Source: a virus. Taken from it: a DNA stretch of 64,000 nt. Positions 32,567 to 40,067 of the stretch are shown here, piece by piece. The stretch lies in the IMG/VR virus record IMGVR_UViG_3300032157_000006, positions 1 to 64,000 of that record; one strand, written 5' to 3'. The notes beneath the pieces are model-generated. The model was given only the letters and a program-made list of their open reading frames with translations, made no database searches and was not told where the DNA came from. The position numbers and the translations under genes were made by a program. Each line of letters opens with the position of its first letter. Position 1 is the first letter of the stretch.

Positions 32567-34273
32567 ATGGACATCAAGATTCGTGGCTACCGTGGAATCG
32601 AGCGGGCCGATCTCAGGCTCGCGCCCATCGCGCTGCTCGTCGGCCTGAATTTCGCCGGCAAGTCGAGCATCTGCCAGGCGGTTGCAGCCGCCCTTATTGG
32701 AAACGCATCGCCATTCTTTCGCGCATCCAGACCTGACAAGTCTCTCCTGACCAAGACCGACGCGAAGCAGCTCGTGCGCGGCGGCATGGACAAGGGCTCG
32801 GTCGAGGTGTCGTTCGACGGCAAGGTGATTGCCTCGGCCAACTGGCCTGCGACCACCGCCGCCGGCACGGGCGAAGCGGCCTGCTCGAAGTACGCGACCG
32901 GCCTCATCAACCCGATGGAGCTGGACGACGCCGAGAGGCAAAAACTGTTCAGCGACATGCTGAAGGCAACGCCGGACGATGCCGACCTGATGGCCGCGCT
33001 CACCGATGCGCAGCTCTCCGGACAGGTCGCGACCGACGTGAAGAAATCGCTCGCGTTGAACGGGTGGGACGTCGCCTACAAGACCTTCAAGGACGAGGGC
33101 GCGCGCCTGAAGGGTGGGTGGGAAGCGGCGAGCGGCACCGCGTTCGGCAAGCTGAAAGCCACCGACTGGGTGCCCGAGGGCTGGCGCGAGGAACTGGGCA
33201 ACACATCGCTCGAAGCGATCGGGACGCAGTGCACCCAGGCCCAAGCGAAGGTCGAGGCCGCGGTTGGGGCCCTGGCCGTCGATGCGGCCGGGATCAATGA
33301 CCTTCAGCACCAGGTCGACCTGATCCCCGATGCCGAGGCAAAGCTCGCGACCGCGCGCGGCGCGTTGGACAAGGCCACCGAGCAGGATGCTGCGGCGCGC
33401 AAAGAATCGGACTCGATCATCGTTCCGGTGGCGTTACCGTGTCCGCATTGCGGCGGGATGCTGGACGTGATGGGGACGCAGACGGTGGGCGGCCTGCCCA
33501 GGCTGGAACCGGCGCAACTTGGCGCTGCCGAGATCCTTGGGCTCGCCGAGAAGAAGAAAACGGCGTCCGAGCGGGTCAAGATCACTGCCGCCTCGCTGGC
33601 CAAGGCGACCGAGGCACACCAGAAGGCCAAATCCGCCTACGAGGCCGTCAAGGACGCGCCTGCGCGCTTGAAAGCGGCCAAGGCGCGCACCGGGACCCAG
33701 GACGCGGTGGACACGGCCAGGGACTTCCTGAGCGGCCTGAACAGGGACAAGGACCGGATCACGGCCAAGCTCACCGCGGACCGCCTGGGCCGCCAGATCG
33801 CCACCAACCAGGTGCTGGTGGACATCCTCGCCCCCGACGGCCTGCGCCGGCAGAAGCTGGCGCGCGCGCTCGCCGAGTTCAACAAAGCCACCCTCGCGCC
33901 ATTGTGCGCCGCAGCAGGATACCCGTCCGTCACGTTCGATGCCGAGCTGGAAGTCCTGTACGGCGGCCGGCGCTACTTCCTCCTCTCAGCGTCCGAGCAG
34001 TACCGGGTGCGCGCCGTGCTCCAGGTGGCCATGGCGAAGAAGGACGGCTCGCAGGTGGTCATCCTCGATGGCGCCGACATCCTCGACGCTGACGGCAGGG
34101 ACGGCCTTTTCTCGATGCTCTCCGGGATCGACGACCTTGGAATCCTCGTCGCCATGACCCTCTCCCCCGGCGACCCGGCGCCCAACCTGGCCGAGCTGGA
34201 GATGGGCTGCACCTACATGGTCGAGGGCGGGATCGCGCGAGCGCTCGCGGTGCCGGAGGTGGCGGCGGCGTAG
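32567..34273 (+). CDS. Rad50/SbcC/RecN-like SMC-type ABC ATPase with a central CxxC
   Basis: Walker A LLVGLNFAGKSS (32642-32668); long Ala/Lys/Glu coiled-coil with CPHC at 33440-33451 (aa 292-295 of 568); C-terminal LLSASEQYRV signature-like motif and Walker B VVILDGADILD (about 34055-34078). Confidence 0.75.
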   Translation: MDIKIRGYRGIERADLRLAPIALLVGLNFAGKSSICQAVAAALIGNASPFFRASRPDKSLLTKTDAKQLVRGGMDKGSVEVSFDGKVIASANWPATTAAGTGEAACSKYATGLINPMELDDAERQKLFSDMLKATPDDADLMAALTDAQLSGQVATDVKKSLALNGWDVAYKTFKDEGARLKGGWEAASGTAFGKLKATDWVPEGWREELGNTSLEAIGTQCTQAQAKVEAAVGALAVDAAGINDLQHQVDLIPDAEAKLATARGALDKATEQDAAARKESDSIIVPVALPCPHCGGMLDVMGTQTVGGLPRLEPAQLGAAEILGLAEKKKTASERVKITAASLAKATEAHQKAKSAYEAVKDAPARLKAAKARTGTQDAVDTARDFLSGLNRDKDRITAKLTADRLGRQIATNQVLVDILAPDGLRRQKLARALAEFNKATLAPLCAAAGYPSVTFDAELEVLYGGRRYFLLSASEQYRVRAVLQVAMAKKDGSQVVILDGADILDADGRDGLFSMLSGIDDLGILVAMTLSPGDPAPNLAELEMGCTYMVEGGIARALAVPEVAAA

Positions 34274-34279
34274 CGGCCA

Positions 34280-34696
34280 GTGTCAGCGCTCACACCAGCC
34301 GCAGCGCGCAGTGCCGCCGACCTGTTCGGCGACACGCGCGAGTGGCTGACAAAGATTTACAAAAAGCGGCTCGCCGTCAATGTCCTCGTGCGCGGCAACC
34401 CTTCACAGTTCAGCGACGAGTTCATCGACTGGCTGGAGGCCAACTGGGAGATATGGCTTGCGTTCGAGCGCGAGGCGAGCAGGATCTGGAAGCGCGGGCG
34501 CAAGCACTACTCGGCGCGCACGATCGGGGAGTGGCTGCGGCACGAGACGGCGGCGCGCGAGGGGCCGAACGAGCACGGGTTCAAGGTCAACAACAACGTG
34601 TTCCCGGATCTCGCGCGCCTCTACGAGCTGGTGCACCCCGACCGCGGCGGGTTCTTCGAGCGCAGGGTCAATCCGCTATCGAAGCGGTCCGGCTAG
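34280..34696 (+). CDS. hypothetical protein (138 aa)
   Basis: GTG start 6 nt after the upstream stop. ...FIDWLEANWEIWLAFEREASRIWKRGRKHYSARTIGEWLRHE... GC3-rich. Confidence 0.65.
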   Translation: MSALTPAAARSAADLFGDTREWLTKIYKKRLAVNVLVRGNPSQFSDEFIDWLEANWEIWLAFEREASRIWKRGRKHYSARTIGEWLRHETAAREGPNEHGFKVNNNVFPDLARLYELVHPDRGGFFERRVNPLSKRSG

Positions 34697-34764
34697 GTGT
34701 CCCAAGCCGTCCCATGCCGTGCTAGGATGTCTAGCACTAGACACAACGTATCTAGGGGGGTTAG
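34691..34764. promoter_or_regulatory. CTAG-rich palindromic intergenic element (operator/origin-like)
   Basis: Five CTAG tetranucleotides within about 65 bp; hairpin/palindrome GTGCTAG-gatgt-CTAGCAC (34719-34737); tandem GTCCCA[AT]GCC x2 (34699-34718). Lies directly upstream of the replication-organiser-like gene. Confidence 0.35.
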
Positions 34765-35595
34765 GTGAGTGAGTCCTACACGAAACTGATGTCGAGCATC
34801 GTGCACAGCACCGTCTGGTCGGAGTCGCTTGCAACGAAGGTGGTCTGGATCACCATGCTCGCACTTTCGGACCGCCTTGGCTACGTCGGAGCTTCCGTGC
34901 CCGGCCTGGCCAAGACGGCCGGAGTCACGCTCGACGAATGCGAAGAAGCGCTGCGCCGCCTGCATGCGCCGGATCCCCACAGCAGGACTAAGGAGTTCGA
35001 TGGCCGCCGGGTCGAAACGACCGAACGCGGGTGGTTCATCCTCAACTACCAGGCGCACCGTGACCGCATGGATTCCGAATCAATACGCGAGTCGAAGCGC
35101 AATTGGTGGACGCGCAATCGCGGCAAGGATTCCCTAGAACCAACTAGACGCGGCTCGACACAAGCAGCACCAGCACCAGCACCAAAGGCATTAAAGTCAA
35201 AAGAAAAACCCATCCCCCCGTCGGAGGGTGAGTACATTCCAAAACCCGGCGTCAAAGCATGGGCAGAGCAAAAAGGGTACGGCCCGACCTTCGACCTGCA
35301 CCTCGAACATTTCCGCGACTACATCGCACAGCCGAAAAACAGGAAGCGGTACGTCAACCTAGATGCAGCTTTCAGATCGTGCCTTCGAGCTGACTGGGGC
35401 GGGATCCGCGCGCAATTGGATCGCTCAATGCGTGTGGGCGGAGGCCGTCCGGCCGGGCATCCCACCCAGGAAAAAAAGTGCGCGCGCGGATCCGCATGCC
35501 TATCCCCTGGTCCGTTGGGAGGGTTCACGCGGATGGCGATAGGCGATGTTTGCAATCCGTGCCGAGAGGCTTACATGGCAGGGAAATGGAAATGA
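34765..35595 (+). CDS. putative replication initiation/organiser protein (N-terminal winged-helix type)
   Basis: GTG start after GGGGGTTAGG. The N-terminus YTKLMSSIVHSTVWSESLATKVVWITMLALSDRLGYVGASVPGLAKTAGVTLDECEEALRRLHAPDPHS...GWFILNY matches a pattern seen in phage replisome-organiser-like proteins. Assignment from memory. Confidence 0.5.
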   Translation: MSESYTKLMSSIVHSTVWSESLATKVVWITMLALSDRLGYVGASVPGLAKTAGVTLDECEEALRRLHAPDPHSRTKEFDGRRVETTERGWFILNYQAHRDRMDSESIRESKRNWWTRNRGKDSLEPTRRGSTQAAPAPAPKALKSKEKPIPPSEGEYIPKPGVKAWAEQKGYGPTFDLHLEHFRDYIAQPKNRKRYVNLDAAFRSCLRADWGGIRAQLDRSMRVGGGRPAGHPTQEKKCARGSACLSPGPLGGFTRMAIGDVCNPCREAYMAGKWK

Positions 35596-35936
35596 CCGTG
35601 CGCCCCACCAAATTCAATTTTGAGTTCCAGATGCGCCTGCCTGGCCGCGAGCACCTGGTCGAGATATTCAGGGACGCGGCCACCGGCGTGATGATGAAGG
35701 TGAAGATGAAGATCCCGGTGGGCAGGTTCACCGTCCCGACGCGCAGCTACTACCTGGAGTCGGCGCCCGCGGTCGAGTACGACACGATCGAGCGGCTGCT
35801 CATCTCCTCTCGGCGTGACCTGCTCGAAGCGCGAGTCGCCGCACCTGCACCTGCTTCCGCAGAAGCGCCGAGCGCAGGGCAATCACCAGTGCCGCCCATT
35901 TTGGGATCCCCTTTACCCGGCGGCGCCAGCGACTGA
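35586..35936 (+). CDS. hypothetical protein (116 aa), last gene of the rightward block
   Basis: ATG 35586 (or 35592, ATGA overlap). MEMTVRPTKFNFEFQMRLPGREHLVEIFRDAATGVMMKVKMKIPVGRF... Its 3' 137 nt overlap the convergent HTH gene. Confidence 0.55.
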   Translation: MEMTVRPTKFNFEFQMRLPGREHLVEIFRDAATGVMMKVKMKIPVGRFTVPTRSYYLESAPAVEYDTIERLLISSRRDLLEARVAAPAPASAEAPSAGQSPVPPILGSPLPGGASD

Positions 35937-36027
35937 CGATCTGCGGGTTGATGCCGACGAGGCGCGCGAACGCGGCCTTGGATAGATTCTGGCGCTCCAG
36001 TTGGAACTCGAAAGTTTTCCAGTTCAC
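35800..36027 (-). CDS. small HTH DNA-binding protein
   Basis: GTG start in a GTGA overlap. NLSKAAFARLVGINPQIVSRWRRRVKGIP is a clear HTH. Terminal gene of the leftward early block. Confidence 0.7.
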   Translation of the reverse strand: MNWKTFEFQLERQNLSKAAFARLVGINPQIVSRWRRRVKGIPKWAALVIALRSALLRKQVQVRRLALRAGHAERR

Positions 36028-36332
36028 AGGTCGCCTTGCTTGGCGAGCGCCTTAACGGCTTCTTCCATGATTCGTTGAGCGGTTGGGCGGGCGCGGCCGG
36101 CGTACATGCTCCAGGCCGTGATGCGCTCGGCGACCGTGCCTGAGCCGGTGCCGGATGCCAGCAGCTCCAGGGTCTTGAGGGAAATCCCTTCGCAAGCGTT
36201 GAAAGATGCGACGAGGCGATCCGCGAGCCCGGCGTGCATGGTGGTGAACGCGGCGTCCAGCTCGATGACGCGCTCGATGCGGCCCTCGCCGTGCAGGATG
36301 CCGATGCTGTACTTGGTCTTGATGAGTTTCAA
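36024..36332 (-). CDS. hypothetical protein (102 aa)
   Basis: TTG start in a TTGA overlap. (M)KLIKTKYSIGILHGEGRIERVIELDAAFTTMHAGLADRLV... Confidence 0.6.
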   Translation of the reverse strand: MKLIKTKYSIGILHGEGRIERVIELDAAFTTMHAGLADRLVASFNACEGISLKTLELLASGTGSGTVAERITAWSMYAGRARPTAQRIMEEAVKALAKQGDL

Positions 36333-36553
36333 TGTGGCTCCGGTAGTTTGCTTGGAGGTGGAAGCGCGCCGAACACATTTTTCAGTTCGGCCTTGATGTC
36401 GTCGAGCGTCGGGCCGTACATGATGATGATGTCGTCGTGGCCACCGAACCGCGCCAGCGCCTTCAGGATCGGCTGGCCTTTCTTCAGGAGATCTATGTTG
36501 TTGTCGTCGAGCCCGAGGATGATCTTCCCGTCTGTGGTCTTAGCGATCAGCAT
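36329..36553 (-). CDS. hypothetical protein (74 aa)
   Basis: ATG 36553 shares 1 nt with the upstream stop. MLIAKTTDGKIILGLDDNNIDLLKKGQPILKALARFGGHDDIIIMYGPTLDD. The track's N-terminal extension is Arg/Pro junk. Confidence 0.65.
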   Translation of the reverse strand: MLIAKTTDGKIILGLDDNNIDLLKKGQPILKALARFGGHDDIIIMYGPTLDDIKAELKNVFGALPPPSKLPEPH

Positions 36554-36939
36554 CACTTCCTCCCGGTTCTGCGCTTGAAAGCACGGTCGCGCTTCGCGTT
36601 CATCGCCTGCTGGCGCGCGAGGACATCGTACAGGCCGCCGAAGGTGCATTCGTAGTAGCTGCGCTTGCCCTTCAGCTTGACGCGGATCGTCTCCAGAGCC
36701 GTGTCGATGTGCATGTGCACGGGCCGCTTGTCGCGGTGCGGCTGCTTGCCCTTCAGGTGGCGAACAGAACCGCGCACCACTTTCGCGAGCATGCTGGACG
36801 GCACGATGATGTCCGTCCCGCGTCCAGGCTTCCCGCCGAAACCCAAAGGGCGGGCGCGAGTGTGCTCGATGCCGCCGTCAGCGGTGAAAGTGCTGATGAC
36901 CTGGTAGCAGCGATCTCTGTAGTTGACGAGTCTGCTCAT
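36553..36939 (-). CDS. hypothetical basic protein (128 aa)
   Basis: ATG 36939 in an ATGA overlap. MSRLVNYRDRCYQVISTFTADGGIEHTRARPLGFGGKPGRGTDIIVP... Confidence 0.65.
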   Translation of the reverse strand: MSRLVNYRDRCYQVISTFTADGGIEHTRARPLGFGGKPGRGTDIIVPSSMLAKVVRGSVRHLKGKQPHRDKRPVHMHIDTALETIRVKLKGKRSYYECTFGGLYDVLARQQAMNAKRDRAFKRRTGRK

Positions 36940-37217
36940 GGTGCCATGTGCCTCGCGTGGGTGTAGCCGATGAACTTGCCGTTGTCGTGGTTCAGCTCGT
37001 CCCACTGGCCCATAGAGTCCTTGTAGATGACGCGATAGCCGGGGTGGCGCTCGTTCAGTTCCTGCACCACGTTCTCGGCATCGTTGGTGACGGATTTGCC
37101 GCCAGCATCGAGGTCCCTGATCCAGACGATCTTACCCGCGTGGTCGATCTTAACCTGCTCGTACAGGCTCCTTGGCACGTTGATGCTCCTTGGTTGAAAG
37201 CGTAGGACGCGGCTCAT
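36936..37217 (-). CDS. hypothetical protein (93 aa)
   Basis: ATGA overlaps at both ends. MSRVLRFQPRSINVPRSLYEQVKIDHAGKIVWIRDLDAGGKSVTNDAENVV... Confidence 0.65.
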   Translation of the reverse strand: MSRVLRFQPRSINVPRSLYEQVKIDHAGKIVWIRDLDAGGKSVTNDAENVVQELNERHPGYRVIYKDSMGQWDELNHDNGKFIGYTHARHMAP

Positions 37218-37513
37218 TCTTCACCGCCGCATTCGGCGCACACCTGCTCGCCGTTGTGGTTGTCGCTGTCGCACATTTCGCTCGACTCGCACCACCATCC
37301 ACAGGTGGCGCAGAGGAATATCTCCCCGTGCGTCTCAAGCCAGATTCCGATGTCGCCATCGTCCACGCCGACGAGGGCGGCCAGCTTCGGGTCGTCGGCG
37401 ACGTTCTGCTCGTGCGCCGTTCCGCAGGTGCCGCACAGTTGGGATGCGAGTTCCTGCACGGCGGTCAGTTGTTCGGGTGTCGGTTCAGTTTTAGATGTCA
37501 CCGGATACTCCAC
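37214..37513 (-). CDS. Cys-rich acidic small protein (three CxxC pairs)
   Basis: GTG start. ...QLCGTCGTAHEQ...FLCATCGWWCESSEMCDSDNHNGEQVCAECGGEE. Zinc-ribbon-like. Confidence 0.6.
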   Translation of the reverse strand: MEYPVTSKTEPTPEQLTAVQELASQLCGTCGTAHEQNVADDPKLAALVGVDDGDIGIWLETHGEIFLCATCGWWCESSEMCDSDNHNGEQVCAECGGEE

Positions 37514-37703
37514 AAAGGTTGCAGTGAATGGGGATTTCGTGGTCGCTGTCGTCGTAGCCGTGGCTCCATTGGTGGCGGCAGGTGTATTGCTCGAATGTCA
37601 TCCAGTGCTCGTCGCTCTGGACGTAGGCCCACACGTCTGCCGCGCGGGCGCTTGGGTGCTCGGCGCGGATCGCGAGGTAGGCGGTGGCTTGGAATAGGTC
37701 CAT
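37491..37703 (-). CDS. hypothetical protein (70 aa)
   Basis: ATG 37703 shares 1 nt with the upstream stop. MDLFQATAYLAIRAEHPSARAADVWAYVQSDEHWMTFEQYTCRHQW...HCNLCG. Confidence 0.6.
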   Translation of the reverse strand: MDLFQATAYLAIRAEHPSARAADVWAYVQSDEHWMTFEQYTCRHQWSHGYDDSDHEIPIHCNLCGVSGDI

Positions 37704-38017
37704 CAGATGATGCTTGCCAGCGCGATGAGGTCGGACTTCATGCGCGTGTCGAGCATGTCCCACTGCTCTGTGGTCAGCTTGAAGCGTTCGAGCGCGCGAT
37801 TGGCGCGCGATACATGCTCGATGCTGTCCGGGTCGGCGCAGTAGCTGCCGGTTTCCTCGCCGTAGTGGTAGCTGTCATCGTCGTCGGCCCACGCTTGCGA
37901 AACGCGCGGGTGCCCGAGGGTTGGATGCGCGTCCTTGATGGTGATGTTGCCGTGCTCGCTGCTGCGCTCGTCGATCCGCCAGCCAGTCATGGAAACCTTC
38001 GTGTAGCTGCGGCCCAT
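37703..38017 (-). CDS. hypothetical acidic protein (104 aa)
   Basis: ATG 38017. MGRSYTKVSMTGWRIDERSSEHGNITIKDAHPTLGHPRVSQAWADDDDSYHYGEE... Confidence 0.6.
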   Translation of the reverse strand: MGRSYTKVSMTGWRIDERSSEHGNITIKDAHPTLGHPRVSQAWADDDDSYHYGEETGSYCADPDSIEHVSRANRALERFKLTTEQWDMLDTRMKSDLIALASII

Positions 38018-38018
38018 G

Positions 38019-38228
38019 TCATACCCCCTTGTTGTTCTCGAAGTAGAGCGCGGCCTTGGCCTCGTCCAGCAGGATGCGCAGGTTCGGCCATTGGATCATC
38101 GCGCCGTCAATCCCCGAGTAGTGAGAATCTGGATCAAACGGGCCGAATTCGTCCGGGTCGTTCTTGGTCTGCATCGCCTCGATGTCCGCGACGAGCGAGC
38201 GCAGGATTTCGGTGGGCGTTCTCATCAT
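38019..38228 (-). CDS. hypothetical acidic protein (69 aa)
   Basis: ATG 38228 in an ATGA overlap (the track start GTG 38234 is also possible). MMRTPTEILRSLVADIEAMQTKNDPDEFGPFDPDSHY... Confidence 0.6.
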   Translation of the reverse strand: MMRTPTEILRSLVADIEAMQTKNDPDEFGPFDPDSHYSGIDGAMIQWPNLRILLDEAKAALYFENNKGV

Positions 38229-38479
38229 GCCCACCTAACGGCGCGGTCGGTGAAGTCGTGCGCGACCTTGCCGACAAAATAATCCTTCGTGCAGTTAACG
38301 ATATGGAACCCGGCGGCGAGGTACAGCTTTCCGTCGCAGTCCAGAATCGTCCACACCCTGTCGGCTGGCTGGCCGCGCGCCTGTTCCCAGTTCCATACGA
38401 GATCGCCGCTGCCGCTGTCCTGCGGCGGCTCGATAGGCTGATAGCGGCGCTCGAATACGTCGAAGGTCATCGCTCTCAT
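38225..38479 (-). CDS. hypothetical protein (84 aa)
   Basis: ATG 38479 in an ATGA overlap. MRAMTFDVFERRYQPIEPPQDSGSGDLVWNWEQARGQPADRVWTILDCDGKLYL... Confidence 0.6.
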   Translation of the reverse strand: MRAMTFDVFERRYQPIEPPQDSGSGDLVWNWEQARGQPADRVWTILDCDGKLYLAAGFHIVNCTKDYFVGKVAHDFTDRAVRWA

Positions 38480-38781
38480 GCTGGCGCCTTCGCGTCGAAG
38501 ATTTCCTTCGGGTGGTTGTCCGGGTAGGCTGGCGCGCGGTCCCACACCCTACCGTTATAGGAGACGTAGCCGACGACCTTTTTGCCGTCGGTGATCTTGC
38601 CGCCTGTCCAGTTGCCAGCGCCGAGGCCGTTGCGCGCGATGTAGGCGCGGCATGCGTCCGCAGCGTCGGCCAGCGTGGCTACATTGATCCGTACCGCGCG
38701 GCCACGATCAAGAGGTTCCTCCCAGTACCCGCCGCGAACATCAGGATTGGGTGCGTGGCTGAGTTTCACTTGCATGGTCAT
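38476..38781 (-). CDS. hypothetical protein (101 aa)
   Basis: ATG 38781 in an ATGA overlap. MTMQVKLSHAPNPDVRGGYWEEPLDRGRAVRINVATLADAADACRAYIARNGLGAGNW... Confidence 0.6.
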   Translation of the reverse strand: MTMQVKLSHAPNPDVRGGYWEEPLDRGRAVRINVATLADAADACRAYIARNGLGAGNWTGGKITDGKKVVGYVSYNGRVWDRAPAYPDNHPKEIFDAKAPA

Positions 38782-39242
38782 GCCCTCCGGTAGTCGTTGA
38801 GGATGGCGCGCGCTTCGTGCCACACGCCGACGAGGTACAGCACCCATTTCGGGATGCTGTTGAGTTGACGCTGCGAATCGCGGCCCGCCTGTTCCCACTG
38901 GGCGGCGCGCTTCGATGCGGTGCCGAGGTCGAGGGCTTGCTGCGCCGACAGGTCGCGCCAATGGACGACCTGCGCTTGCAGTACGCCGATTTCCCTATTC
39001 CGCTCGCGCGCCCATGTCCATTCTTGGGTGTTGTTTTGGGTGAGGCGATCCGCGTACACGCGGAATGTGTGCGCGTCCGCTTTCGGCGTAGCCCACCCCT
39101 TGCGCGGGCCTGAGAACAAGACGCGCAGCCGCCAACCTTCGCGGTTCCAGCTATCGCGCAAGCATTTCAGCGCGGCGCGGCCCTGCCTGTTGTTCGGGAT
39201 GCGCGCCAACAGGCGGCATGCGTTTTCGGTTTTGGTGGTCAT
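38778..39242 (-). CDS. hypothetical protein (154 aa)
   Basis: ATG 39242 in an ATGA overlap. MTTKTENACRLLARIPNNRQGRAALKCLRDSWNREGWRLRVLFSGPRKGW... Confidence 0.6.
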   Translation of the reverse strand: MTTKTENACRLLARIPNNRQGRAALKCLRDSWNREGWRLRVLFSGPRKGWATPKADAHTFRVYADRLTQNNTQEWTWARERNREIGVLQAQVVHWRDLSAQQALDLGTASKRAAQWEQAGRDSQRQLNSIPKWVLYLVGVWHEARAILNDYRRA

Positions 39243-39556
39243 ACTTGATCCTTCGCGCGCGTCGAGGTTTCGGGGATGCCGGAGCGCATCAGGCTTGCCC
39301 ACTCCTTGACCGCAGCCGCCGCGCCAAGATAATCGCGCGCCTTGAATTTCTTGCCCGTCAGCTTCTCGGCCATTTTCATCATGTCGCGCGGGCCTACTCC
39401 GCGAGTCGGGCGAAGGCCGCAGGTCGCGTACATCTTCAATCCACTGGCGAGGTAGTAGGCGCGGACTACCGCAATGGCATCCGGCCCTGAGTACATGCTG
39501 CCGCCGTCAGAATGTTCGATGCTGCTCGGGGCTGGCTGTTTGGTGGCCGTGGTCAT
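39239..39556 (-). CDS. hypothetical protein (105 aa)
   Basis: ATGA overlaps at both ends. MTTATKQPAPSSIEHSDGGSMYSGPDAIAVVRAYYLASGLKMYATCGLRPTRG... Confidence 0.6.
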   Translation of the reverse strand: MTTATKQPAPSSIEHSDGGSMYSGPDAIAVVRAYYLASGLKMYATCGLRPTRGVGPRDMMKMAEKLTGKKFKARDYLGAAAAVKEWASLMRSGIPETSTRAKDQV

Positions 39557-39945
39557 GCGGCCCTCCGCAGTTCGCGGTTGTGGGATTCCACATGCGCGCG
39601 CGCGAGGATCGCATCGCGGTCGTCGGAGTCAAGCCACGCGACTACCGCTTTGGCGTGTTGCCACATTCCGATAGTGCCGCGCGCCGAGTCTGCGGCATCG
39701 TTCACTTGTTTGGCCGTGAAGTAGGCGGGAAAGGCGAGTACCGGGATAGCCCAGTCGCAATCTTCCTCATACCAACCCGGCTTGCCGCAGAACGGAGTGA
39801 GGGCGCGCAGGGCGGCGGGCATTTGCTCGCGCTGGTCAGGGGCGACAAATACGCCGCCATGTGAAGGGGTCGAGCAGATGGCGAGCCCTGTACCAATCTC
39901 GCGCCAGTGGTCCGCGAGCCCCCAAGGTGTCATGGGTTTGAGCAT
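39553..39945 (-). CDS. hypothetical protein (130 aa), first gene of the leftward early block
   Basis: ATG 39945. MLKPMTPWGLADHWREIGTGLAICSTPSHGGVFVAPDQREQMPAALRALTPFCGKPGWYEEDCDW... Conserved-looking STPSHGG motif. Confidence 0.65.
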   Translation of the reverse strand: MLKPMTPWGLADHWREIGTGLAICSTPSHGGVFVAPDQREQMPAALRALTPFCGKPGWYEEDCDWAIPVLAFPAYFTAKQVNDAADSARGTIGMWQHAKAVVAWLDSDDRDAILARAHVESHNRELRRAA

Positions 39946-40013
39946 GATGCCGAGCCTTTCTTACCTGTCCCTTCGCCGGGTGCCGCGCACCGCATGGCGG
40001 GGACAGGTGGCGG

Positions 40014-40067
40014 ATGATAGGCATGCCGAATCGGCATTGTCAACAGGTAAATGTAAACAGGTTGACA
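40014..40067. promoter_or_regulatory. candidate divergent promoter/operator region
   Basis: Inverted repeat TGTCAAC-N16-GTTGACA (40038-40044 / 40061-40067) places a TTGACA -35 box on each strand. Minus strand: 18-bp spacer, then TATCAT (40019-40014). Internal direct repeat AACAGGT x2. The plus-strand -10 is unclear (GAGAGT). Confidence 0.35.

Noticed and set aside
31166-33310. 714-aa minus-strand ORF
   Set aside because: It is antisense to the 423-aa gene and the SMC-type ATPase, which have Walker motifs and high GC3. Its translation is Arg/Gly/His/Leu junk.
37190-38527. 445-aa plus-strand ORF across the early block
   Set aside because: It is antisense to six coupled small genes whose junctions are precise ATGA/TGATG overlaps. 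Its translation is Arg/Gly/Ala/Val-rich without motifs.
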